From Eledone cirrhosa (lineage: Eukaryota), in assembly GCA_964016885.1 (NCBI GenBank), contig OZ024740.1, positions 253,456,001 to 253,520,000 on the forward strand: a DNA stretch of 64,000 bases, read 5' to 3'. Position 1 is the stretch's first letter. Each line of letters starts with the position of its first letter. Below the pieces are notes generated by a model. It did no database searches. It was given only the letters and a program-made list of their open reading frames with translations, and had not been told where the DNA came from. Below are positions 1 to 13,139 of this stretch, piece after piece. The translations under genes and the position numbers were made by a program.

Positions 1-33
1 AGATTTTGTTTTTTATATATATGTATATATATA

Positions 34-200
34 CCGTATTTCCCGGCGCCGAAGACGCTTCGCCCTTAAGGACGCACCCTAATTTTGATAACCAAAAATT
101 AAAAAAAAATAATAAACAACCTTCGGCCTCCAGGAAGCATGGTAAATTTTTGAGACTTATTTTAGGAAAAAAGTAGTGTCTTCGATGCCAGGAAATATGG
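34..200. mobile_element. Tc1/mariner-superfamily (pogo/Tc2-like) MITE
   Basis: TIRs CCGTATTTCCCGGCGCCGAAGAC / GTCTTCGATGCCAGGAAATATGG, flanked by TA. Confidence 0.75.
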
Positions 201-220
201 TATATATATGCATATATATA

Positions 221-1368
221 CAGTGGTACCTTGACTTACGAGTGTCCCAACTAACAAGTTTTTTGAGATACAAGCCATCTCTCAGATGATTTTTTGCTTT
301 GAGTTGCGAGCTCAAATTCGGGTTATGAGCCAGCTTCACTGAACACTGCAGTAACATCCGCCCAGCATCCCATGGGTCCGAAGAAGGTGAGCGCGAAGGA
401 CAGTGCTGAGAAGAAGCGGATGATGTGCATTAAATTAAAGAAATAAATTATCGAAAAACATGACCAAGCTGTGTGTGTAGTCAACTTGCAAATCAGTACG
501 AGTGAAGCACTTCTATGATCTGCACCACACTGAAGCAGAAGGAGTCGATAAAGGCTATAACACCAGCCAAGGTGTTATAATAATTTCTAAACAGTGGATA
601 TCTATCCATGAAAATATGGAAAAGCTTCTTATAGTGTGGTTAACGAAGAAGCAGCCCGCAGGAGATACCGTGACGGAGGCTATAATCTGCGAGAAGGCGC
701 GAGCTATTTACACAAATTTGCTGCAGCAGACTCCAGGCACCTTGACAAACCATTTAAAGCCAGTCGGGGCTGGTTCGAGAACTTTAAAAAGAGGACCGGT
801 GACACGGAGAAGGTTATCATGTGTAGAGATAACCTCCTCCGTGTCACCGGTCCTCTTTTTGCGAATTATTGTGAATGTGGGAGAAACTTTCAGACTTTAT
901 TCAAAAGAAACACCCAGAAAAAGTTGCAACTGGGCGTGCGGCGGCGCTATTTAATGACACTTGCCTAACTCAGAAACATTCTGAAGGGGAGGATGAAACA
1001 AACCTCATTGGACAGGTTTTTATTGAAAACTCCTGCAGATAAAAGTGAGGAAAGCTTGGCGAAAAGGGCAAAAATCAGTGAATAAGATTCAGTTATTCAG
1101 TTCAACCTTCCTCCTCCACCTCTGCCAGCATCCGATCTCCAAGGTAAATGCTATACATTATACTTAATAAAACCAGTTTATTGCAATACATTCTATTGTA
1201 TTGTTTTTTTTATATTCATTATTCATAAGTACATTTTTTTTATTTAAAAACACGTAACAAAAAAAATTGCAGTATTTTGGGGGGGAGGGGGGCATTAATG
1301 GCATTTCAATTCATTTCAATGGGGAAAATTGATTTGACATACAAGTAATTTGAGTTACGAGCTCTGTC
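221..1368 (+). mobile_element. Tigger/pogo DNA transposon remnant
   Basis: Tigger-type terminus TA-CAGTGGTACCTTGACTTACGAG. Frameshifted CENP-B-like HTH: MEKLLIVWL...IICEKARAIY and FKASRGWFENFKKR (ORFs 502-954, 636-968). Confidence 0.8.
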
Positions 1369-1400
<32 letters not shown>

Positions 1401-1414
1401 ATGTATATATATAT

Positions 1415-1868
1415 ATCATCATTTAATGTCCATTTTCGACGCTAGCATGGGTAGGACGGGGGACCAATTTATGGTGTGGATTGGGGACTTGGGTGGGATA
1501 GGAGTGGGGAAAGTACCTAGGGACGAAGGTATATGGGGGGGATGATTACAGCAAGGGAGGTGGGAAAGGAGATGGTAGGTGTTGCCTACTAGAATATATG
1601 CCTCAGCTCGAGCATATGGGAGGGTGGGTCTTCTGAAATACTGCATAGCACCAGCGATCACTGTCCTGTGTCATCGCCTAAGTGAGGTGTAATTGTGCAA
1701 AGTCAGCTTTTATTATCTCATCCCAATTCTGCCTAGGCCTGCCCACTCCATTGCTACCACTGACTTTGAGCGCTCTGCACTATTTTATACAGCTGTCATC
1801 CTTCATACGCATCATATGTCCATACCAGTGCAATCTCTTCTCCTGCACATTGCATCTGATCTCTCTAA
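1415..1868 (-). mobile_element. RTE LINE 3' fragment
   Basis: (CAT)n tail, tail stem-loop and RT C-terminal WYGH...GRP region on the minus strand. Confidence 0.8.
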
Positions 1869-2186
1869 TTGTTTCGCTTAACTTTTGCTTATATATTTCA
1901 CTCCCTCCAGTTATCACAGCCCTTCACACGCTACTGTTATCATAGCCATTGACATTATTGCCATCATGATCCTATATTTCTTAAAGTACTATAGTATATA
2001 TATAAACAGAACTATAGAAGTTGAGTATATATATATATAATAATAATTATATTTATATATAATAATATAAATAAGATACGGGTAATATTATATGTCACCC
2101 GATTACCAGTAAGAAAAGTAGTTCAATGTAAAATATCAAGTATAATACAGAGCATAAATAACAAATTATGTTTAAAATATTTAATA

Positions 2187-2231
2187 GCTTACGATCGTTT
2201 TATCCAGATATAGGTCTGGAATCATCAGAGC
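2187..2231 (-). ncRNA. Degenerate minimal (Penelope-type) hammerhead ribozyme; second copy at 4957-5001 (+)
   Basis: GCT-CTGATGA-T-TCCAGA(cctata)TCTGGA-T-AAAA-C(GATC)G-TA-AGC. Stems I and II, palindromic stem III and GUA site are present; core GAAA is mutated to AAAA. Confidence 0.7.
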
Positions 2232-2539
2232 ATATAAAGGTTAAAACAAATATATTCCTAATCACTAGAACATTTAGCAGGATACATTATAGCTGAGAAG
2301 ACTATAAGCATTAACACCAGTATATTAAAGAGCAAGAGCATAAGAAAGTTGAACAGATATAAAAATTGTAATGAAAAATTGTATTAAAGCTATAACATAA
2401 ATAATTGTAGGTATATGTTATATATAAGGATATGGTTATTAATTATAGTAAAAAATTATAGCAAGAATATTATATCAAAAATATTAATTACAATAGAGTA
2501 CATGCAATATATGTTTTCACTATACCATTCTCTTACATA

Positions 2540-4620
2540 TACTACTAAATGAGGAGAATAAATGGGACAAAGATAGTCTGCCCCCATCGATCCAATAGAG
2601 GGACCAGCAGTGCAAGTTGACGGTAGTATAATAAGTAAGGCAATCAAAGATATGAAGACAGGCAAGGCGGCTGGGCCTTCGGAGATAGTTGCTGAAATTC
2701 TGAAAGCATCTGGAACGGTGGGACACACTATGGTTAGTAAAGTCATACAGAATGGGGTCATACCAAATGATTGGCGTAGCATTATCATCATTAACTGCTA
2801 CAAGGGTAAAGGAGATGCACTAGATAGAGGAAACTATAGAGGCATTAAATTAATCGACTAGGTCATGAAGATCACAGAAAAAGTTATAGCGCAACTAATC
2901 AGAGAGCAAATTGATCTAGACGAAATGCAGTTTGGGTTTGTGTCAAGTAAAAGTACCACAGACGCCCTTTTCCTTATACGACAACTACAGGAGAAGTACC
3001 TAGCTAAAAGTAAACCCTATACTTAGCTTTTGTTGACTTGGAGAAAGCATTTGACAGAGTCACCCGCGCCATTATCTGGTGGGCCCTCAGAAAACAAGGG
3101 GTTGATGAATGGCTTGTGAGAGCTATACAAGCCATGTATAAAGAAACAGTCAGTAAGGTTAGAATTAACAACGAATATAGTGAAGAATTTAGCGTAAAAG
3201 TTGGTGATCATCAGGGCTCTGTCCTTAGCCCCCTCCTATTTATTATTGCCCTTCAGGCTATAACAGGAGTTCAAGACTGGCTGCCCATGTGAACTTCTAT
3301 ATGCAGATGATCTAACGCTCATAGCTGAATCGATGGATAAACTAGAAAAGAAATTCCAAACATGGAAGCATGGCCTAGAATCAACAGGCCTTAAAGTTTA
3401 CTTGTCTAAGACTAAAGTTCTAGTATGTAGGAAGAAAAATAGGGCACAGGTCCCCTCTGGGAAATGGCCATGCTCAGTGTGTAGGAAAGGAGTAGGCAGA
3501 AATCCCATTTTATGTCCCAAATGCAAAGTATGGGTGCATAAAAGATGTAGTGGGATCACAGGTCAGCTATCTAAGAACGTAGATTTTATATGTGGCCAGT
3601 GCTCAGGTGCAATAAGTAGCAAGTGCCCACAGGATACTAGCTCCTTCTATTGCCCAGATGACTCTATAGAAATAGTGGACACCTTCCGTTACCTGGGTGA
3701 CAAAATCAGCAGTGGTGGAGGGTGCTCAGAAAGTACAGTAGCCACAACGGGATGGAAAATACCACTATTGGCCGTTAAAGATTTCTCTCTAAAAATGAAA
3801 GGCAGACTGTATGATGCCTGCATACGAACAGCTATGTTACATGGCAGTGAAACATGGGCATTGTGTGCAGAGGATCTGCGCAGACTGGAGAGGAACGAAG
3901 CATGCATGCTCCGCTGGATGTGTAATAGTAATATATGTGAACAGCAAAGCATAAAAGAACTAAGTGAGAAGTTAGGTATAAGAGGGATCAGATGCTGTTT
4001 ACTCGAGAGAAGACTACGTTGGTATGGTCACGTGATGCACATGAAAGACGACAGCTGTATAAAAAAAGTGCAGGGCGATAAAAATTGACAGAAGTTACGG
4101 AGTAGGCAGACCCAGAAAAACCTGGGACGATTTGATAAATTCCGACCTTACACACTTACACCTCTCTAAGACAATGTCGTTGGACCGAGATCTTTGGCGC
4201 TACGCAGTAATACAGAAGACCCGCCTTGCCGAAGTACAAAGCGAAACCTAGTCAGTAGGCACCTCTTAATCAAATGTACACCCCCCTTCCACTACCCCAA
4301 CTCCCACACCAACACCACCCCTTTCTCTGTAAAGTTATGTTGTTAGCACAACTTCCAGTCCTAAATAAATGAGGTCCTGTAGGTGTTACAACAAAAAAAC
4401 ACAGTCCACGCTGTAATGTGGCCGTGTAGGTAACACGGTAAAAACCTCCCAGTCCACACTGTAAACGTGGTTGGTGTTAGCAAGGGCATCCAGCTGTTGA
4501 AAACCTGCCAGACAGTCCTATATGAGCAAGACAACCAATCTTGCCTCAAGTGGGACAATTCCCGTCTAAACCCATGCTAGCGTGGAAGGTAGACATTAAA
4601 CGATGATGATGATGATGATG
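2540..4620 (+). mobile_element. 5'-truncated RTE LINE (RT to 3' tail)
   Basis: ORFs 2610-2861, 3038-3292 and 3333-4088 are homologous to the 1039-aa element. 3' UTR and (GAT)n tail present. Confidence 0.93.
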
Positions 4621-5369
4621 ATAGTGCATGTTCTCTATTGTAATTAATATTTTTGATATAATATTCTTGATACAATTTTTTACTATAATTAATAACCATA
4701 TCCTTATATATAACATATACCTCCAATTATTTGTTATTGCTGGCCTTGTGCCAAAAGTAGAAATAATTATTTATGTTATAGCTTTAATACAATTTTTCAT
4801 TATAATATTTCATTACAATTTTTATATCTGTTCAACTTACTTATGCTCTTGCTCTTTAATATACTAGTGTTAACACTTATAATTAGTCTTCTCACCTATA
4901 ATGTATCCTGCTATATGTTCTAATGATTAGGAATATATTTGTTTTAACCTTTATATGCTCTGATGATTCCAGACCTATATCTGGATAAAACGATCATAAG
5001 CTATTAAATGTTTTAAACATAATTTGTTATTTATGCTGTATTTATGCTCTGTATTATACTTGATATTTTACATTGAACTACTTTTCTTACTGGTAATCGG
5101 GTGACATATAATATTACCCGTATCTTATTTATATTATTATATATAAATATAATTATTATTATATATATATATACTCAACTTCTATAGTTCTGTTTATATA
5201 TATACTATAGTACTTTAAGAAATATAGGATCATGATGGCAATAATGTCAATGGCTATGATAACAGTAGCGTGTGAAGGGCTGTGATAACTGGAGGGAGTG
5301 AAATATATAAGCAAAAGTTAAGCGAAACAAATGAAACAAAACTAAAAAACAGTGTTGTTATTTTAACAA

Positions 5370-5375
5370 TTTATT
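5370..5375 (-). terminator. Candidate polyadenylation signal of ASS1
   Basis: AATAAA on the minus strand ~880 nt after the stop, followed by a U/GU-rich stretch (tttttagtttttgtttcatttgttt). Another AATAAA lies at 5530-5535. Confidence 0.4.
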
Positions 5376-6253
5376 GGTTTTTAAGGATGAAACAGGAATT
5401 AAAATAGCAATGAAAATATTTACTCTTTCTCACAAGTTTATCATATTTCTTTTTTGTTTCTAACTAACTTTGCTGCCGTTGTTACTAAATAGTTGTATAT
5501 CAGATACTACATTGTCCTAGACAACCTGATTTATTTAAGAGGGCAGGGTCTGATTTGAGAGACATTTGGCTGCTATTTCTAACAAGTTGAGTGACCATTT
5601 ATACACAGGTTTTTACTGCTGCTGCTGTTGCTGTTCCTCATCATAATCACCATAATCATCTTCATCCTTTTATGTCTGCTTTCAGTGATTGCATGTTGTT
5701 GCAGTTATAGTTAATGGTGATGATAATGATTTGGGTATTGGTATATATTTGTTGTAGTTAGAACTCAGCTGGTGTTCATTCTATCAAACAAATCTGTCAG
5801 TGAGAGGTTAAGTCCATGATTCATCCATTTTGGATGAATCATTGAGTATGATATAGTAAAATTTTGGACATAAATCATCACAGTCTTCATTTTAAAAATG
5901 TCAAGAAGTTGGGTTTGATGAAGATATAGTTACAACATTGAACAGATCACATAACTAGATACAAGCTCTCTCATTGGCTCATCATGATGATGTTGTTGTT
6001 TGGAAGGCAGTTAAAATTTACTGCAACATTGGGCAGATCACATAACTACATTCAAACTCCCTCATTGGCTTATGATGTTACTGCTGTTGTTGATGTTGCT
6101 GCTGTTGTCTATACAGTTTCAATTTATGTAGGCTAAAGATTCTAAACATTAATACTGGTTACCAAAAGATAGAAGAAAAGAGGAGTGAGAACATTCAATA
6201 TCCATTACAGCCATTAGTTTCAATCATAATGGAGAAATATGAACAGAGGATTT

Positions 6254-6311
6254 TTAATAAGGCTTTGAGCAACCAATCTTTTGTTGACGACCTCTGTAAA
6301 ACTCTCGCAGT
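6254..6311 (-). CDS. ASS1: Argininosuccinate synthase terminal coding exon (with stop)
   Basis: (R)LREFYRGRQQKIGCSKPY-TAA, compare ASS1 RLKEYHRLQ. Strong acceptor tttcttttccag in the required phase 2. Confidence 0.8.
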
Positions 6312-6362
6312 CTGGAAAAGAAACGAGATATTCATTATAATAGTAATAAACAACTCTATTAT

Positions 6363-6560
6363 TATATAATTGTTTCTACTTTTGGCACAAGGCCAGCAAT
6401 TATCCCAGTGTATTACTGGTACTTTATTTTATCGACCCCGTAAGGATGAAAGGCAAAGTTAACCTCGGTAGGATTTGAACTCAGATCATAAAGGGTCGTA
6501 ACTCTTTGCTGCAAAGCATGGCGTCCGACCCTCTACCGATACTGCCAATCCATCGCCCTA
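6363..6560 (-). mobile_element. tRNA-derived SINE with Deu/Nin-like core
   Basis: B-box GAGTTCAAATCC, core GCCTTTCATCCTTACGGGGTCGATAAAATAAAGTACCAG, tail GTAGAAACAATTAT, flanked by TATTATTATATAAT duplication. Confidence 0.85.
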
Positions 6561-7127
6561 TTATTATATAATGGTAAAAATATTAACTCGTTTCTTACCA
6601 TATTTCTATAGAAAAACACTGCCTACAATTTTTTATTCATTTTGAAAATAATCAAAAATTTGGAAGGAATAATTAATATAACCGACTTTTTCATTATTAT
6701 GCTGGGGTTTGGAACATAACCTAATAAAGATTCTTACATAAAATTACAATGGTAGAGTTTTAAATAAATATAAACACTTTAAAATAAATGGTTTTGTATA
6801 ATAAAACTGGGTGCAGTTTCAGACAGTTTAGAATTAAAAGAGTTAACAAAAGTTCTTACATAAAATTATGACAGATTTTTATATGAATATAAACACTTTA
6901 AAACAAACAGTTTTGTATCAAAACGGTTAAGACATCTGAATTGCTTTTGTCACTTCTACTTCATGATTACAGGGTAAAGAAAACAAAGTGCATAAGATTT
7001 ACTTCATGCAGATATTGGCATGAATTTGTGAAAATGTTTGAAAACATAGATATATCTAATCTATGCTATTATTAAAGAATGAGGAAAAAAAGTTAAAAAA
7101 ATAAAGGGCTGCCATTAAATCAGATTA

Positions 7128-7365
7128 TGGAAACTATGTTTCCTTTGGTTAGGGTTCCATTGTTGATACTATCTGTTGGTCACAGCTTCTGACAAGAAAG
7201 GAGCAGATTATCAGATCCAACCAAGAAAACTATGTTTCCATCAGTCTTTCTATTATTGATACTCTCTATTGGTCACAACTTCTGACTGAAGAAGCAGACC
7301 AAGGAAACTATGTTTCCATTAGTTTTATTGCTGATACTATCTGTTGGTCACAACATCTGACAGGA
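7128..7365. repeat. Degenerate tandem repeat, 3 units
   Basis: GAAACTATGTTTCC...GATACTATCTGTTGGTCACA.CTTCTGAC recurs three times. Confidence 0.7.
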
Positions 7366-7565
7366 TTTGAACTCAGAATATACAGAACTACCATATATCT
7401 AGTCAGGCATCTCATCTAACACTTTTAACAATTCCACATTTCTACACATTTATCCATCCCTGAAAACATGTAATACAAAGTTGACTGTTGCAGGATTTGA
7501 AGTCAGAGAGCATTTAATCTAATGATTTAACTACTCTACCAATTGACTGCCTTTTAAAAAGGCAT

Positions 7566-8200
7566 TGATATCATCATCATTTGACGTCCGCTTTTCCTTG
7601 TTTGCAAGGCAGGGATGGATCCTCTTCAGCACAGTGTCTCTCCATTCGTCATGGTCCTTTGTCATCTCCTCTGTGAGCTTCAGCGATCTGATGTCAGCTC
7701 TCACCACCTCCATCCATGTTTTTTGTGGTCTTCCTCTACTGCGTCTTCCTTCCACCAAGATTTCTTGGCATTTCTTTACCTAGTGGTCATCCTCTATGTG
7801 CATCACATGGGCATACCAATGCAGTCTTCTCTGCCGTACACTACAGTTTATTCCTCTTATACACAGTTTCACTCTCAACTCGTCTATGCTTGGTCGTTTG
7901 CACACATTGACATTGCCCATCCAATGGAGCATGCTTGCTTCATTTCTCTCGTCTTCGCATATCCTCCACAGTTGCTGCCCATGTCTCATTACTATGCAGC
8001 ATCGTGCATCTCACATAGGCATCATACAACCAAACTTTCGTTCACAGGGAGAAACCCTTCGTTGTCAACAGAGGAAGCAGCTCCCTAAACTTCTTCACTC
8101 CTGTCCTTTTTCTAGATACTATGGCCTTGGAGCATTCCCCTTCCTTGCTAATTTGATCACCTAGATATCGGAAGCTATCAACCACCTCTATAAATCCTAC
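7566..8200 (-). mobile_element. RTE LINE 3' fragment, short-3'UTR subfamily
   Basis: RGRPQKTWMEVVRAD... runs directly into the tail stem-loop and (GAT)n. Confidence 0.85.
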
Positions 8201-8431
8201 CTGCGTTTGAAAAATGTGGTTATCACTGACACTTCTACTATCAATTTTGTCTTGTTCATATAGGACTGTTTCTGGCTGGTTTTCTACAGCTGGATGCCCT
8301 TCCTAGCGCCAACCACATTTACAGTGTGTGGTGGGTGTTTTTTGCGTGTCTTTTACACAACCATTTTACAGTGTGGGCTGGATGTTTTGTGATACCAACA
8401 TAACATACAAATAAAAATACTTACATATATA

Positions 8432-8949
8432 TTAGCCGAATTACCCACGCTTTGCTGAGTTTCACACATTTTTTTTGTAAGAAAATGATGATTGATTTTA
8501 AATCAGTGATATAATTTATGGAGAAAAACTCTGCATTTCAATATTACTCAATGTAAAATGTAATGCATGAAACATTGGAAAACATTATTTTTTGTAATAT
8601 ATCATATCAAAATTACATTATTAAATCTTATTCTTATTTTGTTTCTTGTAAATAATTGTTTTCAAAATATCAATTCAAAACTTTTGTGAATAGGCATCAT
8701 ATCTTGTCATTTACCTATGGTTTAAATTTCATATAAATCGAAGGGAAAACATTTTCAGCGGGGGTTTTCAGCAGGGGTTTGTGGCCCCGGGGAACCCTTT
8801 GGTTAAAATGAAATATACTTATCCAAGTACTCTGGGCAATGTAGTTTCAGGATATATATGGTTATGGGGGTCTATCTCCAAAACCATAGGAGTAGTTCGT
8901 GAACAAACAAACAAACAAACAGACAGGAATACAACTTTATATGTATAGA
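8432..8949 (-). mobile_element. Non-autonomous Helitron-like element
   Basis: 5' TCTATACATATAA, (TTTG)n, 3' GC-rich hairpin (CTCAGCAAAGCGTGGG) followed by CTAA. Confidence 0.55.
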
Positions 8950-8984
8950 TGTAGCACACATCCAGTGAAGCCTCTAGCTCACAC

Positions 8985-9900
8985 TGTAAAGTGGTCATGA
9001 TGGCAACACGACAAAAAGTGCACAGCTCACACTGTAAAGTAGTCGTGTAGGTGTCGTGACAAAAAGCACCCAGCCCACACTGTAATGTGGTCGTGTAGGC
9101 ATCACAACAAAAAGCACCCAGTGCTCACTGTAAATTGGGGGTGACGTTATGAAGGGCATCCAGCTGCAGAAACTAAGCCAAAACCAGACCAGTGTGAGAA
9201 AGACATGGTCACCTGACCTAGGAGTATCCACAACAGGACAACCCATCTAACCCATGGTAGCGTGGAAAATGGACATATGACAGGGGTGATGATGCTATGT
9301 GTATATACACACAACGTGTGTGTGTGTATATATATATATATACACCATATGTGTATGTGTGTATATATATATATAAGTTGTGGTGTGCAGGAGAAAAGGT
9401 TGAGATGGTATGGACATGTGATGCGCATGGAGGATAACCGATGGGTGAAGAAGTGCCAGTGAAGAGAAGACGTAGTAGAGGTAGACCACAAAAAACATGG
9501 GCGGATGTGGTGAGAGCAGACCTCAGATCGCTGAAACTCACCGAGGAGATGACGAAGGACCGTGACAAGAGATGCTGTGTTGAATAGGACCCGTCCAACC
9601 CTTGCAAGCAGGGAAAAGTAGACGTAAAATGATGATGGTGATGATGTGTGTAAGTTATGTTTGTTCCACAAAACTTCCACTGTAAAGTGGTCATGTAGGT
9701 GTCACGACAAAAAGCACCCAGCCCTCACTGTAAAGTGGTATTGTAAAAAACATGGCAAAAAGCACCCAGCACACATTGTAAATGTGGTAGCACTAGGAAG
9801 GGCATCCAACCGTAGAAAACCAGCCAGAAACAGTCCTATATGAGCAAGACTGTCTAACCTATGACAGTGTGGGAGATAGACGTTAAACGATGATGATGAT
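8985..9900 (+). mobile_element. Cluster of three RTE 3'-end fragments
   Basis: ~45-bp AAAAAGCACCCAG..CACTGTAAAGTGG repeats, AAGGGCATCCAGC motif and (GAT)n tails; RT C-terminus at 9376-9645. Confidence 0.85.
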
Positions 9901-10004
9901 AATGATATTTTCATGACATATATATATACAGTATATACCTATATATATTATACATATATATCATGATAGTGATATATATGTATATTTGTGTGTACATACA
10001 TATA

Positions 10005-12530
10005 TCATCATCCTCACCACTGCTTTACATCTATTTTCCATGCTAGCATGAGTTAGTCGAGTTGTCCTATTGTGGGCAATACTAGGTCAGGTGACCATGT
10101 CTTGCTCATAGAGTTTAGTTTCTACAGTTGGATACCCTGCCCAACGCCAACCTCATTTACAGTGAGTACTGGGTGCTTTTTGTCGTGACACCTAGATGAC
10201 CACTTTACAATGTGGGCTGGGCACTTTTTGCCGTATCGCAATCACAACCACTTTACTGGTTGCAATTACTTTGGCTGGCCCTCATGGGGATGTATGTGTG
10301 GGTGGGTTGGGGCATACTGTATATATGCTTCAACTTGTGCCCGTGGGAAGTTGGGTCTTCTATATTACTGCGTATTGCCAGAGATCTCAGTCCTGTGTCA
10401 TCGCCTTTGAGAGGTGAAATTGGGCATGGTCGGCTTTTATCACCTCGTCCCAAGTCTTCCTGGGTCTCCCCACTCCAAGGCTTCCATTAACTTTGAGCAC
10501 TCTGCACCTTTTTATGCAGTTGTCATCCTTCATACACAACGCATGTCCATACCAATGCAATCTCCTCTCCTGCACACTGCAGCTGATTCCTCTTATACCT
10601 TGTTTCTCTCTTAGTTCATTTATGCTTCACTGTTCGCGTATATTACTATTACATATCCATCAGAGCACACAAGCTTCATTTATTTCCAATCTACGCAAGT
10701 CTTCTGCACACAGCGCCCAGGTCTCACTATCATGCAACATTGCAGTCCATATACATGCATCATACAGTCTGCCTTTCATTCTGAGGGAGAAGCTTTTTGT
10801 AGCCAGCAGTGGTAGTGACTCCCTGAACTTCTTTCTTCCCATTCTGGTTACTGTACTTTCAGAACACCCATCACCGCTGCTAATTCGGTCACAGGAGCTG
10901 TCTACTGTTTCTACAGAGCCTTCGCAGAATTTGGTAGCACTTGTTTCCTATAGTTGTTTGCTGCTTACTGTTCCAGTGCAACTGCTACATATGAAGCCTA
11001 CATTCTTAGCTAAACTTCCTGAGATCCCACTACATCTCTTATACCCATAGTTTGCATATGGGGCTGTGGATGAAGTTTCTACCTACACCTTTCCTACATA
11101 CTGAGCAAAGTCATTGGAGATGGGTTCTCTTTTCTCTTCTACTTACGAGGACCTTAGTCTTTGTCATGTTGACTCTGAGGCCCTTTCTTTCTAGTCCCTG
11201 TTTCCATTTTTGGAATTTCTTCTCTAGTTCTACCATAGATTCAGCTATGAGTGTAAGATCATCTGCGTACATAAGTTCCCATGGACATCCTGTCTTAAAC
11301 TCCTCTGTTATAAACTGCAAAACAATAATAAACAGGAGTAGGTTAAATCCTAACTTTGCTGACTGCTCCTCAATACATGGTTTGTACAGCCGTCAGACGC
11401 CACTGATCTACTCCTAGTTTTCTAAGAGCCCACCAGATTATGTCGCAAGACACTCTGTCTAAAGCTTTCTCCAGATCAACAAATGCCAGGAAGAGTGGCT
11501 TACTTTTAGCTAGGTACTTTTCCTGTAACCGTCTCCCAAGGAAGAGGGCATTGCTGGTACAAATCCAAACTGCATCTTATCTAGATTTACCCAGTCCCTA
11601 ATCAACTGTGCTATGACTCTTTCTGTTACTTTCATGACCTGGTCCATCAGTTTGATACCTCTATAGTTTCCCCTATCTAGTGCATCTCCTTTACTCTTGT
11701 AGCAGTTGACAATGATGCTGCTGCACCAATCATTTGGTATGATGGCATCTAGTATTATTTGGTTTACAATACTAGATGGCATCATACCAAATGATTGGTG
11801 CAGCAGCATCATTGTCAACTGCTACAAGAGTAGAGATGCACTAGATAGGGGAACAGTAATGCACTGGGTAATTGCTGGCCTTGTGCCTAAAGTAGAAACA
11901 ATTATTTGGTTTACAATATGTGTGGTTACGGTGTGACCTACCGACCCAGATGCTTTCAGCATCTCAGCAACTATTCCTGATGGACCAGCTGCTTTCCCGG
12001 TCTTCATATCCTTAATTGCCTTCTAACTACACTGCTACTGACTTGTACTGCTGGGCCCTCAATGGGGTCCACTTGGGGTAGGGTCTCTTTCTCCCATGCA
12101 TTTTCTTCATAATGGCTCTTCCATGCATCTTTCTTCTCAGCACCTGTGAGGGCAAGTGCAGCTTTATCATCCTGGACACACTTCTCACCAATGACATCAC
12201 AATTTTCTCTAACACACTGCCTTGCAATCCTGAACACTTCCTGTTTCTGGTCCTCACCCAGGAAAACATGCTTGAATTTTTGTATCTTCTGCTTCCCTTC
12301 TAGCTAAGTATAGTTGTCACCTAGCTTTTCTCCTGGTCTCTATGTAATGTACCCTGTTTCTCCCATTCTTTCCATGCCTGTCTCTTGGCCTTAATTGCTT
12401 CATCTACCTTAATGTTCCACCACCAAGTTACTCTACTTCTCTCTGTAGAGAAGCTCCAACCACAGATCTCATCTGTCGCCTCTAGTAGGTTATTTTTTTA
12501 GGAAATCCCAGTTTGCTTCTATATTATTAA
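10005..12530 (-). mobile_element. Degenerate RTE LINE with internal inversion/SINE insertion
   Basis: Fragments GCPWELMYADDL, NYRGIKLMDQ and MKTGKAAGPSG; (CAT)n tail at ~10005. Confidence 0.9.
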
Positions 12531-13139
12531 ACTTATGCCAAAATCACAATCTAGGTGACTATAAGTCAGGCGAACTAACTTATATAATCATCTCCCTACA
12601 ATGGTTTCAAGAATAAAAGAAACAGTATTAATTATTTCAAATCATATTAACAACCAATATCGTCAGGGAAGAAATTCTTTTGAACAAGAGGAGATATTGA
12701 TCATAAAGTATACAAACTATTTTGTTGTCGAACCGCATGGTGTTCAACACGTTGCTTTGTTGAACTACTAAATGAACAAATCTTTTTCTATATATATCAT
12801 ATGATGGGGTTATAATGATGCTAAAATTAGTAGCAAAAAAAACCCATCTAAATCTACTCTACAATGAAGGAGTAGCTAATATCAATTAAAAAGTTATTTG
12901 TCTCTAATACTTAGACATCTCAATGAAGTCTAATATGTCTAATATATTAAATTACTATGAATGTGGTATTTTATCTGCATATTTTATGCATTCATTGAAA
13001 TATTTAAGTATTAGAGACAAATAACTTTTTAATTTATACATATATATATATATACCAGTGAACAAAACCTAGTGCACAATCCCCCCAAACAAAAACTATT
13101 ATCAGAAAAATAAAAAGAATAAACAAAAAAAATTAAACT

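Larger units (their letters stand above)
1869..5330. repeat. Long inverted repeat (arms 1869-2510 and 4621-5330) enclosing an RTE insertion
   Basis: Arms are reverse complements (the ORF track gives the same IVINIFDIIF peptide on opposite strands). The outer ~290 bp look identical; the inner part has scattered differences. Confidence 0.92.
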
